Shown here: positions 1 to 11,676 of the stretch, in pieces | How the letters are laid out: each line of letters begins with the position of its first letter | How positions within the stretch are numbered: the first letter of the stretch is position 1 | Source of the DNA: Bacilli bacterium | Lineage (GTDB): Bacteria > Bacillota_I > Bacilli_A > RFN20 > CAG-826 | NCBI GenBank assembly: GCA_045615545.1 | Contig: JAZLFA010000040.1 | Span: 13,667-77,666 of the forward strand | Reading direction: 5' to 3' | Length of the DNA stretch: 64,000 nt | Made by a program: the position numbers and the translations under genes | Notes under the pieces: model-generated | Database searches by the model: none | What the model was told of the DNA's origin: nothing | Seen by the model: the letters and a program-made list of their open reading frames with translations, nothing else

Positions 1-273
1 TACTGTAACATTAATTGTTGGTCCCACAACTAAAGACATAATGAGTTGAGCAACCTCATTTTGAAGAACTTTCACCTTTAAAGGTGCATGTACTCTAACA
101 AGCGTATTCCAACTAGTTTGTTCGACTCCTTTATGAAAGACCATTGCTTCCGGAGCAATAAAATCAATATCATCAGAATCACATTCATATAATTCAGCAA
201 TTTTAGGAGTTAACTCCTTGGAAAGATTACCAACAACGAATTGATCCAAACCATAAATAGTAATCGTAATCAT
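1..273 (-). CDS. Hypothetical protein, N-terminal part only (gene runs off the window start); translation begins MITITIYGLDQFVVGNLSKELTPKIAELYECDSDD
   Basis: Open frame on the minus strand with ATG at 273 and no stop before position 1. Not in the ORF track because it is edge-truncated. No recognisable family. Confidence 0.3.
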   Translation of the reverse strand, partial: MITITIYGLDQFVVGNLSKELTPKIAELYECDSDDIDFIAPEAMVFHKGVEQTSWNTLVRVHAPLKVKVLQNEVAQLIMSLVVGPTINVTV

Positions 274-306
274 AAATATACCTCAAATAGAGTATACTAC
301 AAATTT

Positions 307-2502
307 CTAGAAATTGTAGGGGTCTATATTAACAAATATATTAATTGAACTTTTCTTTATAAATTTATCCACTACTTCTTTTAGAATTGGTTCCGCAATT
401 GAAATGTCTTTGTATTTAATCAAAAGTGTACGGTTAAATGCATTTTTTTCAAATGCTATATAAGGCGAAATTGGTCCAAGAATAATTCCATCATCTTTAA
501 ACTTTTCATTAAGTAGATCAACTACTTTATTAATTTCATCAATTGCCTTTTCTTCGTTTTTGCTCGTTATAGTAATACTTGCTAGATAGCAATATGGTGG
601 ATAATTTTGTTGATGACGCATTTGCATTTCTTTTTTGTAAAACATTTCATAGTCTTGTCTAGCTGCTAAAGTAATTGCGTAATGTTCAGGCATATAAGTT
701 TGTATATAAGCTTTTCCTGGACGATCTTTTCTTCCGCATCTACCTACCGCTTGAGTAATTAATTGAAATGCTCGCTCACTACTACGATAATTTGGCATAT
801 TTAAACCAATATCTGCCAAAACGACACCCACTAAAGTGACAAGAGGAAAATCGTGCCCTTTTGCGATCATTTGAGTACCAATCAAAATATCAGCTTCATG
901 ATTTCTAAAAGCTTCTACAGTTTTAGCGATACGAGTTCTAATCTTAGCAGAATCACTATCAAGCCTTAATGTTCTAGCTTCTGGAAATAAACGATGTATT
1001 TCTTCTTCAACCCTTTCAGAACCAAAACCAGTCTTCATTAGATATTTACTTCCGCATTCAGGGCAAGTGTCAGGCATAAGTTCAACATAATCGCAGTGAT
1101 GACATTTTAGTAAGCCATCAGCTTTATGATAAGTTAAGGCAATGCCACAATTTGGACACTTAAAAACGTGTCCGCAATTTCGACAAGAAACGTTAGTAGA
1201 AAATCCACGTCTATTGAGTAATAAAATAGCTTGTTCTTTTCTATCTAATACGCTTTGAATCTCTTTTCTTAATTGTTTTGAAAAAATATATGAGTCACGA
1301 TCAATATTTGCATAGTTTAACATGTTGATGATATGAGTTTCAGGAAGAGGTTGGTTATTTACTCTTTTTGTTAAAGAAAGAAGGTGGTAAATTCCTTTTT
1401 GTGCTCTTGCCCTAGAATCAAGAGATGGAGTAGCACTTCCAAGTAACACCTTAGCGTCGTGCATGCGTGAGCGCATTAGAGCCACATCTCGGGCATGATA
1501 GAATGGCGCCGTATCTTGCTTATAACTTTCAACATGTTCTTCATCCAAAATAATTAATCCAATATTATCTAATGGCGCAAAAATAGCACTTCTAGCGCCC
1601 ACCACTACAGAACATTCTCCACGAGCAATTTTACGATATTCATCATACTTTTCCGCTGGCGTTAATTCGCTATGTAAAATAGCAACATTTCCCTTAAATC
1701 TTCTAATAAAATATTCCATCATCATCGGAGTTAAAGAAATCTCAGGAACAAGCATTAAAACTTGCTTGCCTTTAGAAAGGACATTTTCACTAATTGATAA
1801 GTACACTTCTGTCTTACCACTTCCAGTCACACCTTCAAGCAAAAATACCTTATCACTTGAAGAAGAAAATTCATCAACGACATTTTGTTGATCAATGGTT
1901 AATTCTTTTGCTTGTTCAGGTTCATAATTAGGAATTTCAAAACGTCGTTTTTCTTCTTTTATGATTTTTACTTTTTTAAGTTCAACCAATTTAGAAAGAA
2001 TACTAACAGACTTTATTTCGCGTTTTAAAATCTTGTCTTCACTCGATAATAATCTTAATAATTCTATTTGTTTGTGGGTTAAGTTTTCTTCGCTTTTATC
2101 AATAACAACAACATATTGATCATAAGCTATCTTAGGAGCTTTTAAACTTGAGTGTCTTATTGATAAAGAAGGAGGAAGCATTGTCTGTAAAACAGAAATC
2201 TTGCTGGCTAAATAATATTCACTCATCTCATCCGCTAGTTCTAATAGATCGGGTTTAAGTAATGGTGTTTCATCAATTACATCAATAATTTCGTTTATAG
2301 AAAAACCAAATTCATCTTCTAATTCTGAAATTGACTTATCACTTTCTTTCACAGATAAAACATAGCCGACCAATTCTTGATTATTGAAATTAATCAGTAC
2401 ACGAAAACCAGAATCAACTTTTTTATTACCATGATAACAATATGTAAATGGTCTATTTAAAGAAAGAGTAGCGTGTTCAATTAACAGTTCAATTAACTTC
2501 AC
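307..2502 (-). CDS. priA: Primosomal protein N' (PriA replication restart helicase)
   Basis: 731 aa. Walker A GVTGSGKTEVY, DEEH box, two CxxC zinc-finger pairs (CRNCGHVFKCPNCG, CHHCDY, CPECG), and helicase C-terminal motifs TQMIAKGHDFP and QAVGRCGR. Confidence 0.9.
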   Translation of the reverse strand: MKLIELLIEHATLSLNRPFTYCYHGNKKVDSGFRVLINFNNQELVGYVLSVKESDKSISELEDEFGFSINEIIDVIDETPLLKPDLLELADEMSEYYLASKISVLQTMLPPSLSIRHSSLKAPKIAYDQYVVVIDKSEENLTHKQIELLRLLSSEDKILKREIKSVSILSKLVELKKVKIIKEEKRRFEIPNYEPEQAKELTIDQQNVVDEFSSSSDKVFLLEGVTGSGKTEVYLSISENVLSKGKQVLMLVPEISLTPMMMEYFIRRFKGNVAILHSELTPAEKYDEYRKIARGECSVVVGARSAIFAPLDNIGLIILDEEHVESYKQDTAPFYHARDVALMRSRMHDAKVLLGSATPSLDSRARAQKGIYHLLSLTKRVNNQPLPETHIINMLNYANIDRDSYIFSKQLRKEIQSVLDRKEQAILLLNRRGFSTNVSCRNCGHVFKCPNCGIALTYHKADGLLKCHHCDYVELMPDTCPECGSKYLMKTGFGSERVEEEIHRLFPEARTLRLDSDSAKIRTRIAKTVEAFRNHEADILIGTQMIAKGHDFPLVTLVGVVLADIGLNMPNYRSSERAFQLITQAVGRCGRKDRPGKAYIQTYMPEHYAITLAARQDYEMFYKKEMQMRHQQNYPPYCYLASITITSKNEEKAIDEINKVVDLLNEKFKDDGIILGPISPYIAFEKNAFNRTLLIKYKDISIAEPILKEVVDKFIKKSSINIFVNIDPYNF

Positions 2503-2512
2503 TTTGCTACTC

Positions 2513-3085
2513 CTATTTATTTAATTTCTTAAGTAAGATATCAATTATCTCATTGCCCGCTCTATCAATTGTGTCATTGATAATTACGTGTTGATATCGA
2601 TCCGCCATTTTCATCTCGCTGATACCTTTATTGAGTCGCGCTTGTATGGTTGCTTCATCTTCACTTTGACGGCTTCTAATGCGCGCGCTTAAGTCTTCAA
2701 CACTTGGAGGCATCAAGAAGAAGGAAACAACTCCATCATCTTTAACCTTGCTAAGTACTTCTGTTGCGCCATTAATCTCTATCTCCAGGAAGACATTCTT
2801 GCCAGCATTTCTAAGCTCATCAACCTTATCTTTTGGAGTGCCGTAACAGTTACCAACAAATTCACAATGTTCGAGCAAGTTACCATTTTTAAGGTTTGTA
2901 TCAAACTCTTCTTTTGAAACAAAATAATAATCAACTCCATCTTGTTCCATAGCGCGTGGTTTACGCGTTGTCATGGAAATCGAGTAAGTCAAATCAATCA
3001 CATTTTTTTCGAAAATGTATTTTCTAACTGTGCCTTTTCCAACTCCAGATGGACCCGATAAAATTACTAGTAAACCTTTTTTCAT
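2513..3085 (-). CDS. gmk: Guanylate kinase
   Basis: 190 aa. P-loop LSGPSGVGKGTV and the typical Gmk length and layout. Immediately downstream of priA. Confidence 0.9.
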   Translation of the reverse strand: MKKGLLVILSGPSGVGKGTVRKYIFEKNVIDLTYSISMTTRKPRAMEQDGVDYYFVSKEEFDTNLKNGNLLEHCEFVGNCYGTPKDKVDELRNAGKNVFLEIEINGATEVLSKVKDDGVVSFFLMPPSVEDLSARIRSRQSEDEATIQARLNKGISEMKMADRYQHVIINDTIDRAGNEIIDILLKKLNK

Positions 3086-3143
3086 ACTTTAATATTCTAA
3101 ATAATGTGCTAACCATTATCAATAATGATAATATGAAATTGTT

Positions 3144-4520
3144 ATGAAACCACTTAATGTAAGAGAAATTAGCTTATTAGTGAATCAAATTAACGAAAAA
3201 ATAAAAGAGAATCATATCTCTAATATCACTGTCGTTAACTCAACTGATTTTATTTTTACCTTCTCTTATTATAGAAAGGAAAAGCTTTATCTATCATTGA
3301 ATCATAATGCGCCTATTATTGGATTTATAACTGTTAAAGATAATGTTCCAACAATATTGGGTAAATATAATGAAATATTTAGAAATGAAATTAAAGATAC
3401 ATTACTTAAAGTAATAGAGACTCCATATAACGATAGAATCATTCGTTTTAAATTATCTAAAACGGATGAATTTTATGCTAAGCATGACAAATACCTTGTC
3501 TTTGAGATGATTCCACATCATCCAAACTTAATTATATTAAATGAAAACGAAGAAATTATATTTGCAACCCACTATACAGATTTAACAAGTGACCGATTAA
3601 TTGTTAAAGGAAGCAAATATGTTGCTCCAACTGCGTCATTAACAAAAAATGCGGAAGTTAGAGATAATCTTGCTATACAAATCCAAGAAACATACGACAA
3701 TTCTTTATTAATAAGAAACAAAGAAAAATTTGACGAATTAGGTGAATACATCAAACATAAAATTAAAGTAGCAGAAAAGAAAAAGTTAGTTTTACTAAAA
3801 GAAATTAAAGAAGCAGAAGAAAAGCTAGTCTATCAAGAGCACGCTAACATGCTTTTAACTTATCAATATAATCCACAAGAATTTAACAACTATCTTTTGG
3901 CCAATCACTTTCCATATGATTCATCAAAATCTAAACAAGACAACATCAATAATCTTTTTAAATTATATAAGAAAGCTAAACTAACAGTTCAAAATGATAA
4001 AGATCAAATAGCGTTAACAGAAAAAGATCTTAACGATTTATATATTGATCTAGATATTTATCAAAGTGGTGATGAAGAAAAAATCGTTCTATTAAAGAAT
4101 AAATATCCAAAATTAATTAAGACAAATAAAGCACAAGTAACCGGAAGATCAATGCCATACTATTTTGATATTGATGGAACAAGGTACGCTTATGGAAGAA
4201 ACGCAGAACAAAATGACTTCCTTACCCATAAACTCGCTAAAAAAGATTATTACTTCTTTCATATTAAGGACTTCGCGGGCGCGCATGTTATCATCATGAA
4301 ATCTAATCCATCTGATTACGAAAAAGAATTAGCGGCTGAACTAGCAATTTATGCTTCAAACAAAGATATTGGAGAAGTAACAATGTCTCAAGTTAAAGAC
4401 ATTAAAAAAGGCCATAAACCAGGCCAAGTAATTTTAGATAAATTTGAAAGCGCAATAATTAAGAAAATTGATGATCGTATAAAACAAGGATATAAAGCTT
4501 CTAATCGTTATTCTTTTTAA
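3144..4520 (+). CDS. NFACT-family protein (RqcH/FbpA-like ribosome quality control factor), short form
   Basis: 458 aa with the NFACT-R signature DFAGAHVII near the C-terminus and a coiled-coil middle region. Shorter than canonical RqcH (about 570 aa). Confidence 0.65.
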   Translation: MKPLNVREISLLVNQINEKIKENHISNITVVNSTDFIFTFSYYRKEKLYLSLNHNAPIIGFITVKDNVPTILGKYNEIFRNEIKDTLLKVIETPYNDRIIRFKLSKTDEFYAKHDKYLVFEMIPHHPNLIILNENEEIIFATHYTDLTSDRLIVKGSKYVAPTASLTKNAEVRDNLAIQIQETYDNSLLIRNKEKFDELGEYIKHKIKVAEKKKLVLLKEIKEAEEKLVYQEHANMLLTYQYNPQEFNNYLLANHFPYDSSKSKQDNINNLFKLYKKAKLTVQNDKDQIALTEKDLNDLYIDLDIYQSGDEEKIVLLKNKYPKLIKTNKAQVTGRSMPYYFDIDGTRYAYGRNAEQNDFLTHKLAKKDYYFFHIKDFAGAHVIIMKSNPSDYEKELAAELAIYASNKDIGEVTMSQVKDIKKGHKPGQVILDKFESAIIKKIDDRIKQGYKASNRYSF

Positions 4521-5031
4521 CCTCTTCAAATAACCAATCTTCTCCCTTAATTGCTTCATGAGTGGCAAGATTAGGGAATTTTTGTTGTCTTAAAACTTCA
4601 TACGCAACTAAAGCAACGCAATTAGATAAATTTAGCGACCTAGCTTCAGGAACCATTGGAATTCTAAATACATGTTCAATATTTTCTCTTAATATATCAT
4701 GAGGAATACCAGTAGATTCTTTTCCAAACATTAAATATATATCTTCACTTGCATTTGGATAAACAAATTCACTATATACATTTTTTCCATATCTTGAGAT
4801 GTAATAGATATTGATATTCGGATGAGACTGTTTAAATTCACTATAATTATTGTAGTAGGTTAATTTAAGTGAATCGATATAATCCATTCCAACGCGTTTT
4901 AAATCTTTGCTATCAATGGAAAAAGTTAACGGACCAATAATGTGTAAATGTCCGCCAATAGCAACACATGTACGCATAATGTTACCAGTATTTTGTGGTT
5001 TTTCAGGTTGATATAACACAATGTGAATCAT
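4501..5031 (-). CDS. trmL: tRNA (cytidine/uridine-2'-O)-methyltransferase, SpoU/TrmL family
   Basis: 176 aa. N-terminus YQPEKPQNTGNIMRTCVAIG is typical of TrmL-type SPOUT methyltransferases. Confidence 0.7.
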   Translation of the reverse strand: MIHIVLYQPEKPQNTGNIMRTCVAIGGHLHIIGPLTFSIDSKDLKRVGMDYIDSLKLTYYNNYSEFKQSHPNINIYYISRYGKNVYSEFVYPNASEDIYLMFGKESTGIPHDILRENIEHVFRIPMVPEARSLNLSNCVALVAYEVLRQQKFPNLATHEAIKGEDWLFEEVKKNND

Positions 5032-5437
5032 TTTTTTCGTACACTTTCATAGACACTTATTCGTGTAAGCGCACGTTCAAGCGCTGCTTCGGCACGAACT
5101 TTATCAATTTCTTTATCTTGTGATGCCATTCTTTCGTCCGCTCTTTTTTTAGCGCTTAATACGCGTTCAATATCAATCTCACTAGCATCTTCAATAGAAT
5201 TTAAAATAAGCGTTGCTTCATCATTGCCAACTTTAATCACTCCGCCACTTGTAGCAAAAGTTTTAACAGAGCCATTTTGTTTAAGTGTTAAAACACAAAT
5301 ACCAACTTCACTAATCAATGGAGTGTGTCCAGGAGTAATGCCTAAAGTAAAGTCATCATTTCTAAAAGAAATGGTACTAACATGAGAATCATAATATTTA
5401 CCATATGGAGTAAGGATCAAAAGATGAATTGTTTTCA

Positions 5438-5438
<1 letters not shown>
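5028..5438 (-). CDS. atpC: ATP synthase F1 epsilon subunit
   Basis: 136 aa. Last gene of the atp operon, with an epsilon-like beta-sandwich N-terminus and helical C-terminus. Confidence 0.8.
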
Positions 5439-6847
<1,409 letters not shown>

Positions 6848-6854
6848 TTACCTC

Positions 6855-7703
6855 CTATAGTGCTTCACTAGCACCAACAATTTCTATAATTTCTTGCGTA
6901 ATAGCGGCTTGTCTAGCCTTATTAAATTCTATTTGTAATTTATCCAATAATTCTTCGGCATTATCTGTAGCGTTTTCCATTGCATTACTACGTGCAGCGT
7001 GCTCACATACTTCGCTTTCAAGTAAGCGTGAATATATTGCAGTATTTAAATACATAGGCGCAACAGAATCAAATAGTTTTTGAGGAGAAGGTTCTAGCAA
7101 TGGTCCATAACCTACCTCATTATCTTCTCCAAACGATATATTTAAAGGTAAAAAACGATACATTTTTGGAATAAAAACAATCGGATTGTTAAAGCTTGAA
7201 TATATTAAATAGATATTCTTGTAATTACCTTTAACGTATTGATCAATTAAAAATGATGTAATCTCTTTTACAATCTTTTCATCTTTAATGGATGAATAGG
7301 AGGAGAAGGTATCAATCTTATTAAAGTCTTTATTTGCATAATGGATAATACCTTTATTTCCTAAAATAATAGCGTCATCGTTTTCTTTTATATTCGCATC
7401 CACTGCTTTAAAGATATTTGTGTTATATGCTCCACATAGTCCTAATGAGGAAGATACGATTACATATAAATCTTTTGCAGCTTTTTCATTTATATTTAAT
7501 AGCGGTGATTTCACCTTACCCGCAAATCTAAATATCTCATTACAAGTACTTTCAAGTGCGTTTAAATATTCCCTATAGGAAAGCATCTTGTTTTTATTAG
7601 CCTGAAGTTTGACTGTAGAAACAAGTTTCATCGCACTAGTTACTTTATAAGCACCAGTAACAGATTTAATTCTAGATTTAATCTTGGTAATGTTTTGTCC
7701 CAT
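6855..7703 (-). CDS. atpG: ATP synthase F1 gamma subunit
   Basis: 282 aa. Sits between atpA and atpD and has a conserved C-terminal helix (ITQEIIEIVGASEAL). Confidence 0.85.
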   Translation of the reverse strand: MGQNITKIKSRIKSVTGAYKVTSAMKLVSTVKLQANKNKMLSYREYLNALESTCNEIFRFAGKVKSPLLNINEKAAKDLYVIVSSSLGLCGAYNTNIFKAVDANIKENDDAIILGNKGIIHYANKDFNKIDTFSSYSSIKDEKIVKEITSFLIDQYVKGNYKNIYLIYSSFNNPIVFIPKMYRFLPLNISFGEDNEVGYGPLLEPSPQKLFDSVAPMYLNTAIYSRLLESEVCEHAARSNAMENATDNAEELLDKLQIEFNKARQAAITQEIIEIVGASEAL

Positions 7704-9223
7704 TATTTAATATAATCTTTCTTAAATACTTTGAAGAATTCATCAATATTCTTATCAAGTCTATTTTCAATTTCTTTAGTTAAGTTCTTTTCGTTATTAA
7801 TTAAATCGATTAGAGCTTTATCTTTGTTAACTAAATATTTATAACCATCATTTAGTATGGTTCTAACTAACTTAGGTTCAAATTCATCAAGATAACCTTT
7901 TTTGGCAACATATAAATCATAGATTTCATGATCCATAGTTTTAGGTTCATATTGACCTTGTCTTAACACTTGAAGTAGAACTTCACCATGTTTAAGAATT
8001 TTTTGTGTTGAACTATCTAAGTCACTACCAAATTGTGAAAATGATTTCATTTCATTAAAGTTAGCTAAATCTATTTTTAAGGAACTAGCAACTTTTTTCA
8101 TAATCTTAGTTTGTGCCGCTCCACCAACACGAGAAACGCTAAGACCTGCGTCAATAGCAGGGCGTTGTCCAGCGTTAAATAAATCAGTAACTAAGAAAAT
8201 CTGTCCATCAGTAATACTAATTACATTTGTTGGAATATAACTAGAGATATCACCTGATTGAGTTTCAACGATTGGTAAAGCTGTAATAGAGCCACCACCA
8301 TTTTCTTCGTTTAATTTACACGCTCTTTCAAGTAGACGAGAATGTAAATAGAAGACGTCGCCAGGGTAAGCTTCTCTTCCTGGGGAACGTTTAAGTAATA
8401 AAGATAAAGCACGATAACTAACAGCGTGTTTGCTTAAGTCATCATATACGATAAGTACATCTTTACCTTGATGCATAAAATACTCTGCTAACGCGCAGCC
8501 CGCGTAAGGAGCAACGTAAAGTAGAGGTGCTGGTTCACTAGCAGTAGCAGCAAAAACAGCAGTATATTTATCACATCCAAAGGATTTTAATTTATCAACG
8601 ATTTGAGCAACAGTAGAGTTCTTTTGTCCGATTGCGACATAAATACAGATGACATTTTTATCTTTTTGATTGATGATTGTATCAATCGCTAAAGCGGTTT
8701 TACCAGTTTGACGATCACCAATAATTAATTCTCTTTGTCCGCGTCCAATAGGAGTGATCGCATCAATCATAGTAATACCAGTTTCAAGTGGTGTATCAAC
8801 ACTTTTACGTGTCATAACTCCAGGGGCAATGACTTCAATTGGTCTAGTCTCTTTAGTTTTAATATCACCTAGCCCATCAATTGGTTGTCCTAAAGCATTA
8901 ACTACTCTTCCAAGCATTGCTTCTCCAACTGGAACTTCCATAACTTTACCAGTACGTTTGACTTGGTCTCCTTCTTTAAATAAAGAATCATCACCCAACA
9001 AAACAACTCCGACATGTTCACTTTCTAAATTCATAACCATGCCATAAATGTCATTAGGGAAAATTAATAATTCCCCAAGCATTGCTTTAGTTAATCCATA
9101 TACTAAAGCGATACCATCACCAACAGAGATTACGCTTCCAACATCAGAAGCATCAACCTTATGTTGATAGGCTTTAATTTCTTCTTTAATTAAGGAACTA
9201 ATTTCATTTGCATTTATTTTCAT
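7703..9223 (-). CDS. atpA: ATP synthase F1 alpha subunit
   Basis: 506 aa. P-loop GDRQTGKTA. Confidence 0.95.
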   Translation of the reverse strand: MKINANEISSLIKEEIKAYQHKVDASDVGSVISVGDGIALVYGLTKAMLGELLIFPNDIYGMVMNLESEHVGVVLLGDDSLFKEGDQVKRTGKVMEVPVGEAMLGRVVNALGQPIDGLGDIKTKETRPIEVIAPGVMTRKSVDTPLETGITMIDAITPIGRGQRELIIGDRQTGKTALAIDTIINQKDKNVICIYVAIGQKNSTVAQIVDKLKSFGCDKYTAVFAATASEPAPLLYVAPYAGCALAEYFMHQGKDVLIVYDDLSKHAVSYRALSLLLKRSPGREAYPGDVFYLHSRLLERACKLNEENGGGSITALPIVETQSGDISSYIPTNVISITDGQIFLVTDLFNAGQRPAIDAGLSVSRVGGAAQTKIMKKVASSLKIDLANFNEMKSFSQFGSDLDSSTQKILKHGEVLLQVLRQGQYEPKTMDHEIYDLYVAKKGYLDEFEPKLVRTILNDGYKYLVNKDKALIDLINNEKNLTKEIENRLDKNIDEFFKVFKKDYIK

Positions 9224-9232
9224 AATGTAGCC

Positions 9233-9763
9233 CTACTTTCTTAATAATTCAGATTTCATCTTTTCAAGATGATACTTAATGGAATCGTCATAGATATGGT
9301 CGTTGATTACCACCTTGACTCCACCAATAAGATTAGGATCGATTACTGGTATTAGTTCCACTTCACTATGTTCGATTTCACCAATACTTTTTGTAATCTT
9401 TGTTAACGTAGTTTCATCAAGTTTAATTACAGAGTATATTAATCCTTCTTTCACTCCACGATATTCATTCGCTAAAGAATTATAACTAGTTAAAATATTC
9501 ATTAACTCATTAACACGATGATTTTTAACTATTACTTTAAGTAAACCAACAATGTTAGGATTAAAATCTTTTAATGTTCTATCAATAATAGAGAATCTTT
9601 CATTTAAAAGTAAAAATTCACTAGAAAGAACAAATAAAAATTCTTCATTACTAGTTAATATCTTCTTTAATTCTTTTACCTCAAGTTGCCAAGCTTCCAC
9701 TTGGTTAGTTTCAAGAGCAATAGAATATAACGATTCAGCATATCTTAGAGCGATTTCGTTCAT
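9233..9763 (-). CDS. atpH: ATP synthase F1 delta subunit (OSCP)
   Basis: 176 aa, positioned between atpF and atpA. Confidence 0.7.
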   Translation of the reverse strand: MNEIALRYAESLYSIALETNQVEAWQLEVKELKKILTSNEEFLFVLSSEFLLLNERFSIIDRTLKDFNPNIVGLLKVIVKNHRVNELMNILTSYNSLANEYRGVKEGLIYSVIKLDETTLTKITKSIGEIEHSEVELIPVIDPNLIGGVKVVINDHIYDDSIKYHLEKMKSELLRK

Positions 9764-9764
9764 A

Positions 9765-10298
9765 TTATCTCTTTAACTCCTTGATAAAGTTTTCCGCTAA
9801 ACGAGCATTATCTTTTTCGTTAACTTCTCGTTTAAGGATTTCACTTGAGGCACTTAGCGCAAGAGAAACCATTTCTTTTCTAATTTCTTCTTGGGCTTCT
9901 AATTTAGATTGCTCAATATCTCTTTGAGCTTCATTTTTCATTGCAGAAATTTCAAGTTTAGTTTCGGTAATGACATTTTCTTTGATTTTAAGAGCGTCCT
10001 TTTCAGCAGCAAGTAGAATTTCTTGCGCTTTCTTTTTGCTCGCTAATATAGCTTCTTCGCTAGCTTTTAAATTAGCATTTGCTTTTGCGTTATTAAGCTC
10101 ACTATTTTTGATATTGTTATCAATAAAATCTTTACGAGCATTAATAATCTTCTTTACCGGTTTATAGGCAAAGATAATTACAGCAATAATTAACACTACT
10201 AGTGCTAAAAGTTGCGTAAGAAAAGAAACTGGATTAGTTGTAATCTTTGAAATATAGTCATCTTTACTTGGTAGTTCTGCCAATAAATATGAAAACAT
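9765..10298 (-). CDS. atpF: ATP synthase Fo subunit b
   Basis: 177 aa. One N-terminal TM helix followed by a long charged helix. Confidence 0.7.
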   Translation of the reverse strand: MFSYLLAELPSKDDYISKITTNPVSFLTQLLALVVLIIAVIIFAYKPVKKIINARKDFIDNNIKNSELNNAKANANLKASEEAILASKKKAQEILLAAEKDALKIKENVITETKLEISAMKNEAQRDIEQSKLEAQEEIRKEMVSLALSASSEILKREVNEKDNARLAENFIKELKR

Positions 10299-10311
10299 GT
10301 TTTAGCCTCCT

Positions 10312-10530
10312 TTACTTCGCAACAAATAAACACAAAATAGCAATTAATAATGCATAAATAGCGGTTGTTTCAACTAACGCACAAGCTAAGATCATAACTG
10401 TACGAAGTTTGCTATACATCTCAGGATTACGAGACATACCATTGATACATCTAGTACAAACCCAAGCTTCACCGATAGCACTACATCCAACTGTTACCAT
10501 TGCAATTGCAGCAGCCATAGCATTTGTCAT
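10312..10530 (-). CDS. atpE: ATP synthase Fo subunit c (proteolipid)
   Basis: 72 aa. Two-TM hairpin with a conserved acidic residue in helix 2 (LVETTAIYAL). Confidence 0.8.
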   Translation of the reverse strand: MTNAMAAAIAMVTVGCSAIGEAWVCTRCINGMSRNPEMYSKLRTVMILACALVETTAIYALLIAILCLFVAK

Positions 10531-10531
10531 A

Positions 10532-11278
10532 CTAATTTCCTCCTTTCATCATCAAATCTTCTATATCTTCTTCTGGAGCTTCTTGAGCAATATTAATCAT
10601 TGTCAAAAAGATAAATATTGTCGTTTGAATTAATCCAGAGAACAAATCAAAATAACAGTGCAATACTGGGGTAATAAATGGCGCTAAAAATACTTCACCC
10701 CACTGACCTAAACCAGAAAATATCGCTCCACTTGCACTTTGAAGAGCGTAATATACAATCGACATTAATGTCGAACCTGCTAATGCATTCCCTAAAATAC
10801 GAAGGGTCATTGATAATAATGGAGCCCACATCGAAATTAAATTAATTGGTAAAAACACAGGGAAAGGTTCAACATAACGTTTAAAATATCGAAATTTTGT
10901 ATACTTTACACTTGTCGCGTGAATTAACGCGAATGTTACAAGTGCTAAAGATAATGGGACTGCCAAATTAGTAATAGGAGAAGGTAGTCCAGTTAAACCA
11001 AAAATAAAACTTAGGAACAAATATACGGCGATAGCCATAATAAAGCCACCAAATCCCTCAAAACGCTTGCCCATCATTGATTCAACTAAATTATCAAAAA
11101 ATTCGACACCAACTTCCGCTAAGAAAAGTAGTCCATGATGTCTTTTAAGTGGATCGGCAAAATGCGCTTGAATACATATAATAATAGATAAAATCAAAAT
11201 AATTCCCATCACTATCAGTGAAGAGATTACTTCATCTTGTAAATTAGTTGATGTAAACCTCGCAATTAACTCATCCAT
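10532..11278 (-). CDS. atpB: ATP synthase Fo subunit a
   Basis: 248 aa polytopic membrane protein with the conserved Arg-containing helix (LRILGNALAGS). Confidence 0.8.
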   Translation of the reverse strand: MDELIARFTSTNLQDEVISSLIVMGIILILSIIICIQAHFADPLKRHHGLLFLAEVGVEFFDNLVESMMGKRFEGFGGFIMAIAVYLFLSFIFGLTGLPSPITNLAVPLSLALVTFALIHATSVKYTKFRYFKRYVEPFPVFLPINLISMWAPLLSMTLRILGNALAGSTLMSIVYYALQSASGAIFSGLGQWGEVFLAPFITPVLHCYFDLFSGLIQTTIFIFLTMINIAQEAPEEDIEDLMMKGGN

Positions 11279-11280
11279 AA

Positions 11281-11676
11281 TTAACTGTTCTTTATTTCTT
11301 TTTTATCGAGTAAAAACAAAATTACAAAAATGATAATTACTGCTGTATAACCACCTACAACCGCAAATATGTTTATTACATGTACATTCGCGTAGTAATA
11401 TAAAAAACCAAGACCAATAAGTGAACCACCTAAAACAAATAATCTAATAATGTTAGCGGCCATTAACCATATTGAATCTTTGTTCTTAAATTCAATTATG
11501 CCAGTCATCAAATATAATAAAGCCCCTAGGCCTAATCCTACGACTATACCTAAAGGGACTTCAAAGTTATTATTGATAAAAAAGTAAAGAGAAACCAATG
11601 TTGTTAGGATCATTAATACAACAGACCAAACAACTATTTTGAAGTAGATGTTTAGAGAGCAATATTTCCTAATCAT
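11281..11676 (-). CDS. Small hydrophobic protein at the AtpI position of the atp operon
   Basis: 131 aa, four predicted TM helices, immediately upstream of atpB. Its start overlaps the stop of the preceding pfk gene. Confidence 0.45.
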   Translation of the reverse strand: MIRKYCSLNIYFKIVVWSVVLMILTTLVSLYFFINNNFEVPLGIVVGLGLGALLYLMTGIIEFKNKDSIWLMAANIIRLFVLGGSLIGLGFLYYYANVHVINIFAVVGGYTAVIIIFVILFLLDKKEIKNS

